In this document: positions 44,341-55,576 of the stretch, piece by piece | Numbering within the stretch: position 1 is the stretch's first letter | Layout: the number at the start of each line of letters is the position of its first letter | NCBI GenBank assembly: GCA_964466315.1 | Contig: CAYXNS010000008.1 | Location: forward strand, 2,400 to 66,399 | Length of the DNA: 64,000 bases | Reading direction: 5' to 3' | DNA from: an uncultured Gammaproteobacteria bacterium | Lineage (GTDB): Bacteria; Pseudomonadota; Gammaproteobacteria; Steroidobacterales; Rariloculaceae | The notes under the pieces: generated by a model | The model's input: the letters and a program-made list of their open reading frames with translations, nothing else | The model's database searches: none | What the model was told of the DNA's origin: nothing | Made by a program: the position numbers and the translations under genes

Positions 44341-46740
44341 CTAGTTGAGTTGCGCGGCAGTTTTTTCGAGAGCAGCCTTGAGTTGATCCATGGAAGTGAA
44401 TCGCTTGTCTTTATCGACCGACATGGCTTTCGTCACGATATCGCTGAGTTCCTTGGAGACGTCGTCGTTGAGCTCATCTAGCGCTGTCGCCTTTCCCTGG
44501 ACATGCTGATACATGACTGACATGTGATCACCGCGGTTGTAGGGCGGCTCACCGGCCAGCATCTCATAGAGCATGACGCCAAGGCTATAGATATCGGCTC
44601 CGATGTCGACCTTCTTGCCGAGAATCTGCTCCGGCGCCATGTATTTCGGTGAGCCGATGACGTAGCCCGTCTTCGTGAGTTGCGTGTCGCCGCTGGATGC
44701 CGCCGCTGCAACGCCGAAATCTACGATCTTCAACAGCCCATCATCGTTGATGAGAATGTTCGCCGGCTTGAGGTCCCGGTGAATGATCCCCTGGTAATGC
44801 GCGATCTGCATTCCCGTGCAGATATCACAGGCATAGGAAACGGCTTTCTTGGCGTCCATCGGCGTATCGTCTGAAATTTCCCTCCCCAGCGTGTGGGACG
44901 GGAAATACTCCATCGAGATCGCGTAGGCGTTTCCAATGGCCAGGAAGTCATAGATGCGGATGACGTTCTTATGCGTGATTTTTCGAGAGTAGCGTAGCTC
45001 GTGAACGAAACGCTTCATCATCTCTTCATCAGAGGAGACGTTCGGGTTCAAGAACTTCAGGATGAGTTGGTCGTCGACCACGGTATCATGTACTAGCACA
45101 ACGGTCCCGAAGGCGCCCTTGCCGATTTTTTGAATGAACTCGTAGCGGCCTTCGATGAGGCTTCCTACCTTGAGTGCGCTCAGGTCGAATGAACTCGAAC
45201 TCGTCTTGGCGGTCGGTTCGTCGGTAGCACTCTCCTTGCCAGTGTCCGCCATGAGCGAGCGAGTGAGATCGTCTTCGGCGCTAGTAGAAGCCGGTCTGAG
45301 CTGTCCGGTCGCAGCTCCATCGCCCTCGAGTTTCTGTAATGTCTTGGCAGCAGCTTTCGCGATCGTGTCGCCGTGGCCGCTTGCGTGTTTTCGAATGAAC
45401 GCTCCCACGGCTTCCGTATGTTTGGAATCGGTCAGATTCGCGACGGCTTCGATTGCAGCAGCCTTGACCTGTTTCTCATCGGTCTTGACGAACGGGAGGA
45501 CCTTCTTGAGCGCGCGTTTATCGCCCAGCTTGCCGATCGATCTCAGCGCCGTTGGCACCGATTTGCCGCCCCGGCTCAGCATCTTGACCAACGCCGGAAC
45601 GGCCTTCGCGTCACCGATCTCCGCGAGAGCATCCGCCGCTCGCTCACTGACCCACCAATCTTCATCGGCTGTCGCTTCGATCAACTGGTCGACGGCGCGT
45701 GGATCGTGGCAGGTATTCAGAATTTCGATGGCGGCGCGGCGAACGTCCTCGTCTTTGTCCTTGATCAGCTCCAACACTGCGCTGACGACGCGGTCTCCAC
45801 CGATGCGTGCTAACGCGTCAGATGCACGGGCGCGGACCCACCAGTCTTCGTCGGAGATAGCTTCGAGTAGATGCTTGATGTCGTTAGTTGTGCCGATCTC
45901 GTTCAAGACCTCGACCGCCGCGCGGCGGGAGAATTCATTGTCGGCCTTGAGTGCTGAGATCAGGTGTTTAACTGTGTCCGGATGCTTGAGATTGACGATG
46001 ACGTCGATGGCTTTGTTGATGACGTCGACATCGGGATCTTCGAGCAGTGAGCAGATTAGTTCGACGTTGACGGCACCGTTTAACTGAGAGAGTCCAGTGA
46101 GCGCCGCCTGCCGAACCAGCTTGTTGTCGTCTTTCAACTGTTGCTGCAGGGCGTCCTGGACATCGACTCGCTCGAACTGAGAGATGACCTTGATCAAGTG
46201 CATCTTGACGACCGGGTCCTTCCCGTTCATACGCGCCAGCAAATCCGGTATTTCGGCCTCGCTCGCGAGGTCTTTGACTATCTTGAACACGGCGGTCTTC
46301 TCGCTGGGCTGCAACTCGTACACCTGAGCGAGAAGATGATTGATATTCAGCCGCTTTCGATGCGCCAATAGAATGTCAACCAGGGCGGATTTGGAATAGC
46401 TGTCCTCGGCGAGCAGATCGACCAATCGGTTGGGGTTGTATCGCCGACTGGACGAGAGCGCGGTGGTCGCTCCCGAAACGGTTTTCGGATTCGCATCGGT
46501 CAGGCCCTGCAGTATGGCGGGCAAGGCCTTGTCGTCCGCGAGCCTCGTGAGGACATCGACGAACTCCGCAGTCTGGCGCCGGTCTGCGCTGGCGAGGGCC
46601 TGAAGAATTTTCGGTACGCCTGCAGGACCGACCTGGCGAAGTTTGTCGAATGCCTTCTTGGCGCTGGGCGACGAGAGATCCGCTTCGCCTCGGATCTGCG
46701 CGATTAGTCGCTCTGCCTTGATTGCACTGATGAAGTTCAT
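44341..46740 (-). CDS. HEAT-repeat protein fused to a C-terminal Hanks-type Ser/Thr protein kinase
   Basis: Trimmed to MNFISAIKAERL. N-terminal ~480 aa are PBS-lyase/HEAT-like repeats (DEDWWVRARASDALARIGGDRVV; DEDVRRAAIEILN; DEDWWVSERAADALAEIGDAKAVPALV). A low-complexity linker follows. Kinase motifs IGKGAFGTV, LILKFL (Lys), HRDLKPANIL, DFG, SPKYMAPE. Confidence 0.85.
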   Translation of the reverse strand: MNFISAIKAERLIAQIRGEADLSSPSAKKAFDKLRQVGPAGVPKILQALASADRRQTAEFVDVLTRLADDKALPAILQGLTDANPKTVSGATTALSSSRRYNPNRLVDLLAEDSYSKSALVDILLAHRKRLNINHLLAQVYELQPSEKTAVFKIVKDLASEAEIPDLLARMNGKDPVVKMHLIKVISQFERVDVQDALQQQLKDDNKLVRQAALTGLSQLNGAVNVELICSLLEDPDVDVINKAIDVIVNLKHPDTVKHLISALKADNEFSRRAAVEVLNEIGTTNDIKHLLEAISDEDWWVRARASDALARIGGDRVVSAVLELIKDKDEDVRRAAIEILNTCHDPRAVDQLIEATADEDWWVSERAADALAEIGDAKAVPALVKMLSRGGKSVPTALRSIGKLGDKRALKKVLPFVKTDEKQVKAAAIEAVANLTDSKHTEAVGAFIRKHASGHGDTIAKAAAKTLQKLEGDGAATGQLRPASTSAEDDLTRSLMADTGKESATDEPTAKTSSSSFDLSALKVGSLIEGRYEFIQKIGKGAFGTVVLVHDTVVDDQLILKFLNPNVSSDEEMMKRFVHELRYSRKITHKNVIRIYDFLAIGNAYAISMEYFPSHTLGREISDDTPMDAKKAVSYACDICTGMQIAHYQGIIHRDLKPANILINDDGLLKIVDFGVAAAASSGDTQLTKTGYVIGSPKYMAPEQILGKKVDIGADIYSLGVMLYEMLAGEPPYNRGDHMSVMYQHVQGKATALDELNDDVSKELSDIVTKAMSVDKDKRFTSMDQLKAALEKTAAQLN

Positions 46741-46951
46741 GAATTTCCGCACACGAAGCCGCACCTCCAACCCCACGCTGGGGTCGAGTATCCTACATAA
46801 TCATTGACTGGATCTGCGTCAATTATGCCATACGGGTTTTCCGAAAATGGAACCTGCCTCACAGGTTCAGGTGTCCGTTAAAAAGGTTGGGAAGGCCTGG
46901 AAATGCTGATCGATAAGGTACAATCCCGGCCCCCATGGTAAGGACCCAGGT

Positions 46952-48049
46952 ATGAGCCAGGAAGCCTTGGCGGTATTGCGAGAACACCTCGGCGAATTCA
47001 TCGTCCCATTCACGGGTTTCCCGCTCAGCGAAGCGGGCAGCACGTTCGAGATCGAGTCCAGCGCGGGGATTCCCCAGATCAGCATCGATCTGGGATTCCC
47101 GGCGGCACGGAGCGGCGCGGAACTGATCGCCGCGCTGCAGGCGTATTGCAGTGATCTGGATTTACCGTCGGCGCCAGTGTTCTCATTGACCTCGACGATC
47201 TTGTCGCATTCCGTCCAGCACGGCCTCAAGCCATTGGAGGGGATCAGCAATCTGATCGCCGTCGCATCGGGCAAGGGCGGCGTTGGGAAATCGACGGTCG
47301 CTGTCAATCTCGGTCTTGCGCTGGCCCAGGAAGGCGCAAGTGTCGGCATTCTCGACGCAGACATCTATGGACCGAGTCAGCCGCGAATGTTGGGTCTCGC
47401 CGGCGAGAGGCCCGTTACACCCGACGGCAAGACGCTCGACCCTCTAGAAGCCCATGGCGTGAAAGCGATGTCCATCGGCTTTCTCGTCGAGGACAATCAA
47501 CCGATGGCGTGGCGCGGCCCGATGGTGACGTCGGCGCTCAACCAGCTGCTTACGGATACGAACTGGGGGGAACTGGACTATCTTCTCGTCGACATGCCCC
47601 CGGGTACCGGCGATGTGCAACTGACATTGTCGCAACGCGTCCCTGTCAGCGGTGCCATCATCGTGACGACACCCCAGGACATCGCGCTGGCCGACGCACG
47701 CAAAGGACTCGAGATGTTCCAGAAGGTCAACGTCCCCGTCCTGGGCGTCGTCGAGAACATGAGTGTCCATGTCTGTTCGGACTGTGGTCACGAGGAATCG
47801 ATATTCGGCCAAGAAGGCGGCGAGCGCCTTGCCGCAGAGTATGGATTACCGTTGCTGGGCGCACTTCCGCTGGACCGAAAAATCAGCGAGCAGACGGACC
47901 ACGGGCGGCCGACCGTCGTCGCTGAGCCCGATGGTGTGGCCGCAGAGGCCTATCGCCGGATTGCCCTTTGTGCCGCGAGCCATCTCGCCGCGACGGCGAA
48001 AGATTACAGCAATCTGTTTCCGACGATCACCGTCGAGGAAAGTGAATGA
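46952..48049 (+). CDS. apbC: Iron-sulfur cluster carrier ATPase ApbC/Mrp
   Basis: Deviant Walker [13 protein letters not shown], CxxC in [11 protein letters not shown]-terminal MIP18-like domain. Confidence 0.92.
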   Translation: MSQEALAVLREHLGEFIVPFTGFPLSEAGSTFEIESSAGIPQISIDLGFPAARSGAELIAALQAYCSDLDLPSAPVFSLTSTILSHSVQHGLKPLEGISNLIAVASGKGGVGKSTVAVNLGLALAQEGASVGILDADIYGPSQPRMLGLAGERPVTPDGKTLDPLEAHGVKAMSIGFLVEDNQPMAWRGPMVTSALNQLLTDTNWGELDYLLVDMPPGTGDVQLTLSQRVPVSGAIIVTTPQDIALADARKGLEMFQKVNVPVLGVVENMSVHVCSDCGHEESIFGQEGGERLAAEYGLPLLGALPLDRKISEQTDHGRPTVVAEPDGVAAEAYRRIALCAASHLAATAKDYSNLFPTITVEESE

Positions 48050-48612
48050 GCATCAGGTCAGATCGTTGGATTCGGCGGATGGTTCGCGACCACGGGATGA
48101 TAGAACCCTTCGAGAACGATCAGATTCGAACCGTTAACGACCAGCGCGTGATCTCATACGGAACGTCGAGTTACGGTTATGACGTTCGCTGTGCCGCCGA
48201 CTTCAAGGTATTCACGAATATCAATTCAGCGGTTGTGGACCCGAAGCAGTTCGACGAGTCGAGTTTCGTCGATAAGTGCTCTGACATCTGCGTGATTCCG
48301 CCGAACTCATTCGTGCTCGCAAGGACTGTCGAATATTTTCGTATCCCGCGAAGCGTGCTGACGATCTGCCTCGGGAAGTCGACCTATGCGCGCTGCGGAA
48401 TCATCGTCAACGTCACGCCGTTGGAGCCGGAGTGGGAAGGGCACGTAACGCTCGAGTTTTCGAATACCACGCCGCTTCCGGCAAGAGTCTATGCCAACGA
48501 GGGCGTGGCGCAGATGATATTTTTCGAGTCGGATGAGGTCTGTGAGACCAGTTATCTGGACCGTGGCGGGAAGTATCAGGGCCAGAAAGGCGTGACCCTT
48601 CCCAAGACATAG
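48046..48612 (+). CDS. dcd: dCTP deaminase
   Basis: 188 aa. [55 protein letters not shown] overlap with apbC. Confidence 0.92.
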   Translation: MSIRSDRWIRRMVRDHGMIEPFENDQIRTVNDQRVISYGTSSYGYDVRCAADFKVFTNINSAVVDPKQFDESSFVDKCSDICVIPPNSFVLARTVEYFRIPRSVLTICLGKSTYARCGIIVNVTPLEPEWEGHVTLEFSNTTPLPARVYANEGVAQMIFFESDEVCETSYLDRGGKYQGQKGVTLPKT

Positions 48613-48632
48613 GCACCCGGCAGCCGATAGGG

Positions 48633-49394
48633 TTACTCGTCGGACTCGCCGAGCCACTCCAGGGATTCGAGTAGGAAGACGAGCCGGGTTTCCCCATTGC
48701 GACGTTGTTCGATCCGAACTGGTAAGTGGCGAAGATCCGGTGCAGTCCAGAACAATGTCTGCCGAGATGAGCCCGCGCGTTGCTGTATGCGTACCTGGGA
48801 CTCAAATTCGCCGAGGGACGTCTCGATAACCTCGTTGCCGTCCTCCGCGTAGTTATAGATCTGCGGGCCGTCTTCGTCGGCGACCGGGTAACTGTTCGAA
48901 CTCTTTGAACGCGCCGCGTCCAGCGTGAGTTGAACCTGCGTCGTTCCGGGATCCAGCATGCCTGGGGCCGCATCGAATAAAGCTCGCGCATCCGCCGTTT
49001 CGGTGACGATGGAGCCGTTGTTCCAGTCGAAGCGAATGTGGAAGTTATCGTCTCCGCCGCGTGTGCCGTCCTCGTACCAGAACTGGAGCGGCACGATCCT
49101 ACCGGCTTGTGACCGGAACTCACTTCGCCCGACGATGGCCCGCGGAGCGGCTAGGCGCAGTAAGAATCCGCGTAATCTGGTGGTTGAACTAAACCGGTAC
49201 ACGTCGCTTTCCGCATCGTAGTCGACCGAGAATTGCGACGTGCCGCGGTCCCGGCCCTCGTATTGGACTTGATAGACGGCCGAATAGGTATGAATGGCCG
49301 GATCCGGAGCGGAAGCCGCGACGTACGGCGCGGTGGCGGCCAGAAGGGCCGTGGCACGACGAAGGAATCCTGTCGCTCGCGTTCCTACAGTCAC
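48633..49394 (-). CDS. DUF3108-like secreted protein
   Basis: Signal peptide. Operon position after purN (4-nt overlap), as I recall for DUF3108 genes in pseudomonads. Beta-rich composition. Confidence 0.6.
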   Translation of the reverse strand: MTVGTRATGFLRRATALLAATAPYVAASAPDPAIHTYSAVYQVQYEGRDRGTSQFSVDYDAESDVYRFSSTTRLRGFLLRLAAPRAIVGRSEFRSQAGRIVPLQFWYEDGTRGGDDNFHIRFDWNNGSIVTETADARALFDAAPGMLDPGTTQVQLTLDAARSKSSNSYPVADEDGPQIYNYAEDGNEVIETSLGEFESQVRIQQRAGSSRQTLFWTAPDLRHLPVRIEQRRNGETRLVFLLESLEWLGESDE

Positions 49395-50050
49395 TCGTCA
49401 CCTTCGACTATTACCGGCTCGTCGAGCTGCCGACCGTCAAGCATGACGGCCCCATCGGCGAGCCTCAAGCGTCGCTCGGCGATCCAACCGACCGCACGCG
49501 GCAGAATAATATGCTCGCCTCGAGCCACGCGGGCTCCGAGCGAAGCCGAATCGTCGTCAGCGCGGACGGGGATGCGGTACTGGATCACGCACGGGCCGCT
49601 ATCGAGTTCCTTCGTCACGAAATGGACGGTCGCGCCGTGCTCGCGATCCCCTGCCTCGAGGACTCGGCGATGAGTATCGAGCCCTCTGAAGCGGGGCAGT
49701 AGAGACGGGTGGATATTGAGCATGCGCCCGGCGAACGTCTCGACGAAGCCCGGGCTCAAAATTCGCATGAAGCCGGCCAGGATCACGAGCTCGGGATCGT
49801 ACGCGAGTACTATCTGCGCGAGCGCGGTGTCGAACGCCGCAGTGTCGGCGAAACCCGCGGGATTCAGATACCGGGCCTCGATGCCCGCACGCCGTGCTCG
49901 TTCGAGCCCCGGCGCGTCGCTGCGGTCGCTGATGGCGGCACGGATGTCGATAGGGAGCGCGTCGGAGTGCTGCTCGTCGATGAGCGCCTGGAGATTCGTA
50001 CCCTGCCCGGATATCAGCACGGTGACGGTGAGCGGTCGGTAAGGCGTCAA
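49391..50050 (-). CDS. purN: Phosphoribosylglycinamide formyltransferase
   Basis: VLISGQGTNLQALID, LAGFMRIL, NIHPSLLPRFRGLDTH, GATVHFVTKELDSGP. Confidence 0.92.
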   Translation of the reverse strand: MTPYRPLTVTVLISGQGTNLQALIDEQHSDALPIDIRAAISDRSDAPGLERARRAGIEARYLNPAGFADTAAFDTALAQIVLAYDPELVILAGFMRILSPGFVETFAGRMLNIHPSLLPRFRGLDTHRRVLEAGDREHGATVHFVTKELDSGPCVIQYRIPVRADDDSASLGARVARGEHIILPRAVGWIAERRLRLADGAVMLDGRQLDEPVIVEGDE

Positions 50051-51078
50051 TCGACGGTGACCTGTTCCGCGGGGTCGGCGACGACCTCGCCGATCAACCA
50101 GGCCTCCTCACCGCTCTTCGCGAGTCTTGCCAACGCGGGTTCGACGTGTTCGCGTGCCACGATCACCACCATGCCGACGCCGCAGTTAAAGGTGCGCAGC
50201 ATCTCGTCGGCGGAGATGCCAGCCGCTTCAAGCCACTGAAAGACAGGCGGCGTACGCCATGCTGCGCGCTGCAGACTCACTCCGAGACCGTCGGGCAGCA
50301 CTCGCGGAATATTCTCCGTCAGGCCGCCACCGGTGATATGTGAGATCCCCTTGACCTCGGTCTCGGCGAGTAGGTCGCTGATCGCTCCGACGTAGATTCG
50401 AGTCGGTTTCAGCAGTTGCTCGATCAACGGTTGACCGTCGAGATCTTGGCGAGCTGCATTCGGCAACCGATCCAGTATCCGTCTGATCAACGAGAAGCCG
50501 TTGGAGTGCGGTCCGGATGAGGCGAGGCCGAGTACACTGTCGCCCGCGCGAATATTGCGGCCGTCGACGAGTTGTTTCTCCTCGACGACGCCGACGCAGA
50601 AGCCGGCTAGATCGTACTCTCCGGAAGCATGCATGCCCGGATGCTCTGCCGTCTCACCGCCGATCAATGCAGCCCCTGCGAGTTCACAGCCCTGGGCGAT
50701 ACCCTTGATTACGCGGGCCGCGACCGCCACGTCGAGCCGGGCCGTGACGAAGTAATCCAGAAAGAACAGCGGTTCAGCGCCGAGGACGATCACGTCGTTG
50801 ACGCACATGGCGACGAGGTCGATTCCGACCTCGTCGTGTGCGCCATGCTCGAGGACGAGCTTGAGTTTGGTGCCGACGCCGTCGGTCCCCGAAACTAGGA
50901 CGGGAGATTCATAACGTTCCGTCGCGAGCTTGAATAGCCCGCCGAATCCGCCAAGCCCGCCGATCACCTCAGGTCTCGAGGTACGGGTGACTGCAGCCTT
51001 GATTCGATTGACGAGTTCCTCACCCGCTTCGATATCGACGCCGGCGGCTTTGTAGGTGAGGGTCTCCTTCGCTGTCAT
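50047..51078 (-). CDS. purM: Phosphoribosylformylglycinamidine cyclo-ligase (AIR synthetase)
   Basis: YKAAGVDIEAG, IGGLGGFGGLF, VSGTDGVGTKL, GGETAEHPG, NCGVGMV. Confidence 0.95.
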   Translation of the reverse strand: MTAKETLTYKAAGVDIEAGEELVNRIKAAVTRTSRPEVIGGLGGFGGLFKLATERYESPVLVSGTDGVGTKLKLVLEHGAHDEVGIDLVAMCVNDVIVLGAEPLFFLDYFVTARLDVAVAARVIKGIAQGCELAGAALIGGETAEHPGMHASGEYDLAGFCVGVVEEKQLVDGRNIRAGDSVLGLASSGPHSNGFSLIRRILDRLPNAARQDLDGQPLIEQLLKPTRIYVGAISDLLAETEVKGISHITGGGLTENIPRVLPDGLGVSLQRAAWRTPPVFQWLEAAGISADEMLRTFNCGVGMVVIVAREHVEPALARLAKSGEEAWLIGEVVADPAEQVTVD

Positions 51079-51155
51079 GATTTCCTTCTCGTGGTGCGGC
51101 GGGGATCAGGGCTGAGGCCGCTATAATAAGCCAGCTTATTCCGCCGTGGACAGCG

Positions 51156-52247
51156 ATGATTCGATTTCCGCAGACGCTCCAGACATCGAGGGCCCTAATC
51201 GCCGTTTTGGCGGCCGGTGCCGTAGGTATCGGCGGCTCCAGCGGCTTTGCCGCAACGCTCGAGGATCTTTACAGCGTCACCGTGAGCCGAAGCATCGATC
51301 CCGATCAGCCTCTGCGTACGCAGGAGGATGAGATCCGATTCGCGATGGGCCAGCTATTGACGCGTGTCACGGGGCGGGTCGACACGGCCCTGGAGCCGGT
51401 GCTGGCGGGCATGCTGCAGAATGCGGGCCAGTACGTGATCCAGCGAGGCCAACTCGATCGCGAGACGCTTCTGGTGACCTTCGATGCGCGTGCTATCGAG
51501 GCGGCGCTGGTCGCGCGCGAGCAGCCGATCTGGGGTCCCGAGCGGCCGCTGACGCTGCTGTGGCTGGCGATCGATACCGGTCAGGGTGAGCGCAACATAC
51601 TTTCCGCTGGAGAGGCTTCCGGCGATCTCGGCCCCGAGTTCCGAGAGTTGCAGATTCGCATACGGGATGAAATAGTGGCCGTCGCGAATGAACGTGGATT
51701 GCCGTTAACGTTACCGCTCATGGATCTGGAGGACATGAGCGCCTTGAGCTTCGTCGACATTTGGGCCGGGTTCAACGCGCAGGTAAGCCGGGCCTCTACC
51801 CGTTACGGCGCAGATGCCATTCTGACCGGGCGCGTTCGCGTAATGCCTTTCGGTATCGACGTTCGCTGGACCTTGCTGAAGGACGGCGGTGAAGTCGATT
51901 TGAGTGGCGGCTCCGTGCGCGATGGGCTGGACCGCCTCGCGGATTTCTACGCGGCGGAATTCAGCACGCTGGGTGCTACACGCACGACGCTGATAACCAT
52001 CCTCGGCGTTGAGACGCTCGATGACTATGGCCGCGTAATGAACTACCTGGAATCGTTGAGCATTCTAGACTCGATCGGCACCGAGGTTGATTTCGACGGT
52101 GCCACACTCTCGGTCCGAGCGGACGCCAGAGGCAGTACGGCCGTACTCGAGCGAGTGTTAGCACTCGGCGCGATGCTTACACCCAGTACGGGCCAGCCCG
52201 ATTCGCCCGTCGAAGACGACCGGCTGATATTCACGCTCAGCGATTAG
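51156..52247 (+). CDS. DUF2066-like secreted protein
   Basis: Signal peptide. Divergent from purM, the usual position of DUF2066 genes in gammaproteobacteria as I recall. Confidence 0.6.
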   Translation: MIRFPQTLQTSRALIAVLAAGAVGIGGSSGFAATLEDLYSVTVSRSIDPDQPLRTQEDEIRFAMGQLLTRVTGRVDTALEPVLAGMLQNAGQYVIQRGQLDRETLLVTFDARAIEAALVAREQPIWGPERPLTLLWLAIDTGQGERNILSAGEASGDLGPEFRELQIRIRDEIVAVANERGLPLTLPLMDLEDMSALSFVDIWAGFNAQVSRASTRYGADAILTGRVRVMPFGIDVRWTLLKDGGEVDLSGGSVRDGLDRLADFYAAEFSTLGATRTTLITILGVETLDDYGRVMNYLESLSILDSIGTEVDFDGATLSVRADARGSTAVLERVLALGAMLTPSTGQPDSPVEDDRLIFTLSD

Positions 52248-52260
52248 GAGACGCGGCGCG

Positions 52261-52833
52261 ATGTCATTCAGCTGGCTCCCGAACGCGATTTGCGTCTTTC
52301 GTGTGCTGCTCGTTGGACCCATCGTGCTGGTACTTCTGCGTGAACAGTATCTTAGTGCGCTGGTATTGATCGCGATCGCGGGGTTATCGGACGGGCTGGA
52401 CGGCCTGCTGGCGCGCAGCTTCGATTGGCGCACGCCCCTCGGCAGTATCCTGGATCCGGCAGCGGATAAGCTGTTGATCGTCTGCGTCTTTTTGACACTG
52501 ACCTATCTCGGGCTGGTTCCAGTCGGGTTGACCGCCGTGGTCGTCATGCGGGACGTCGTTATCATCTCCGGGGCGTTGACTTATCAGGTTCTCGTCGCCC
52601 CGGTGCGCGGTGAGCCGACGCTCATCAGTAAGCTCAACACGGCGTGCCAGCTCGGCTTCGTCTTGTTTACGCTGACCGCTGCCGCGTTTCAGCGGCCACC
52701 GCAAAGCGTCTTGATCGTGCTCGGTGCGGTAGTCACCTTCACGAGCATCACGAGTGGCCTGAATTATGTCGTCGGCTGGAGTAAACGGGCCTGGCGCGAC
52801 ACCCACGGCGAGTCGTCCGGTACGGGGCACTAG
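52261..52833 (+). CDS. CDP-alcohol phosphatidyltransferase family protein
   Basis: D-G-x2-A-R...G-x3-D-x3-D motif: SDGLDGLLARSFDWRTPLGSILDPAADKLL. Polytopic. Confidence 0.85.
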   Translation: MSFSWLPNAICVFRVLLVGPIVLVLLREQYLSALVLIAIAGLSDGLDGLLARSFDWRTPLGSILDPAADKLLIVCVFLTLTYLGLVPVGLTAVVVMRDVVIISGALTYQVLVAPVRGEPTLISKLNTACQLGFVLFTLTAAAFQRPPQSVLIVLGAVVTFTSITSGLNYVVGWSKRAWRDTHGESSGTGH

Positions 52834-53490
52834 TGGCTCAGATCCCGCTGCCGCTCGTACTCGGCAAACACAGCCAGTTCGAGACGTTCGTTACCGGCGA
52901 GAATCGTGCGCTCGTCGCTCACCTTCGGACGTTCGCGTCGGGCGACATGCCCGCGATCCTTTGGATCTGGGGAGCCGCCGGATCCGGTAAGAGTCATCTA
53001 CTGCAAGCGGCCTGTGCGGCCAGTTCTGCACGACGGGCCATGTATCTGGCGCTGCGCTCGGCCTGTTCCGTCGGTGCCGACGTGCTCCAGGGTCTGGAAA
53101 CAATGAATCTCCTGGCACTCGACGACGTTGACGTGGTCAGCGGTGACGACGCCTGGGATCGGGCGCTGTTCGAGCTTTACAACCGCGTCCATTCGGGGCA
53201 TGGGCGATTGATCTTCGCTGCACGTCGAGCACCGGCGGGCACGACCTTCTCGTTGCCGGATCTCGCATCCCGTGCGGCTGGCGCGGTCGTCTATCAGCTG
53301 CGTTCGCTCGACGACGATCACTCGTTGGAGGCCCTGCGGGGGCACGCACGCTCGCGTGGCCTGGATCTTCCGGATGCGGCTGCCCGTTATCTGCTCGATC
53401 GTGTCAGCCGGGATATGGGCACAGTCTGCCGGTGGCTGGATGAACTCGATACGGCTTCACTCGTGACGAAACGCCGCCTCACGATCCCAT

Positions 53491-54798
<1,308 letters not shown>

Positions 54799-54972
54799 TT
54801 GTAACCCTATGTTTAATAATATTTTTACTGCAGTATCTCGGTGAAGATGTTCATTCGTCCGAACCTGCAGTGTAGAAATCCTGCGAGCCGCTTGCCAGGC
54901 GAGCTCGAACTGGCTTGACGACTGTCTGAGGCCCCTGTTAGGTTGCTCTCGTTCGGAACCTCTAGCATAAGA

Positions 54973-55284
54973 ATGATTCACACACGAGTCACGAATCGAC
55001 TCCTGGTGCTCTTGGCTGCACTCGTCATCGTCGGGTGTGCCACGTCTCCGCCCGTTCAGGAGATGAGCGATGCGCGCCAGGCTATTGCGGCGGCCGAAGA
55101 TGCCGACGCTGCCCGGTTCGCGCCGGCGCCGCTCGATGATGCGAAACGTTATCTGAGCGAAGCCGAGACTCAGATTCGGGTCCGCTCGTTCAATCTCGCC
55201 CGCAAGAATGCGATCCGCGCCAAGAACAGCGCCGTGGATGCATTGCAGGCTAGTCAGACCGCGAACCAATCGGCGGAAGACTGA
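54973..55284 (+). CDS. DUF4398-like lipoprotein
   Basis: Trimmed to MIHTRVTNRLLVLLAALVIVGCAT (lipobox). Helical Ala-rich body (ARQAIAAAEDADAARFAP..LDDAKRYLSEAE). Confidence 0.6.
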   Translation: MIHTRVTNRLLVLLAALVIVGCATSPPVQEMSDARQAIAAAEDADAARFAPAPLDDAKRYLSEAETQIRVRSFNLARKNAIRAKNSAVDALQASQTANQSAED

Positions 55285-55294
55285 CGCTTAGCGC

Positions 55295-55573
55295 ATGGGT
55301 GGCGACGAGCAAGCTGTGCGCTGTCTCGTTCACGGCCGCGTTCAGGGCGTGTGGTATCGCGCGAGTACCGCCAATAGAGCAGAGCAATTGAATCTGCGCG
55401 GTTGGGTGAAGAATCTCGCCGACGGGCGGGTCGAGGTCGTTATCGCGGGCCCGCCGGACAACGTTGCCGCGATGTGCCGCTGGCTATGGGTCGGGCCTTC
55501 CGGCGCCGAGGTCGCCGGCGTTACGGTTGTCGAGTGGACCGCTGCCGTCGAACGCGGTTTTCATGTTAGCTAG
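55295..55573 (+). CDS. Acylphosphatase
   Basis: Phosphate-binding loop VHGRVQGVWYR and GWVKNLADGRVEV. Confidence 0.88.
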   Translation: MGGDEQAVRCLVHGRVQGVWYRASTANRAEQLNLRGWVKNLADGRVEVVIAGPPDNVAAMCRWLWVGPSGAEVAGVTVVEWTAAVERGFHVS

Positions 55574-55576
55574 CAT

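Noticed and set aside
45155-46087. 310-aa plus-strand ORF inside the kinase locus
   Set aside because: It is antisense to the HEAT-repeat region and extremely Ser/Ala/Leu-rich and low in complexity. The opposite-strand reading has clear repeat and kinase motifs.
54799-55269. Upstream two thirds of the 240-aa minus-strand ORF 54547..55269
   Set aside because: Only the segment from ATG 54798 downstream (MKIIIYYNPRCSK...) looks like a real protein (ArsC family N-terminus). The upstream part overlaps the DUF4398-like lipoprotein gene on the other strand and crosses an AT-rich promoter region.
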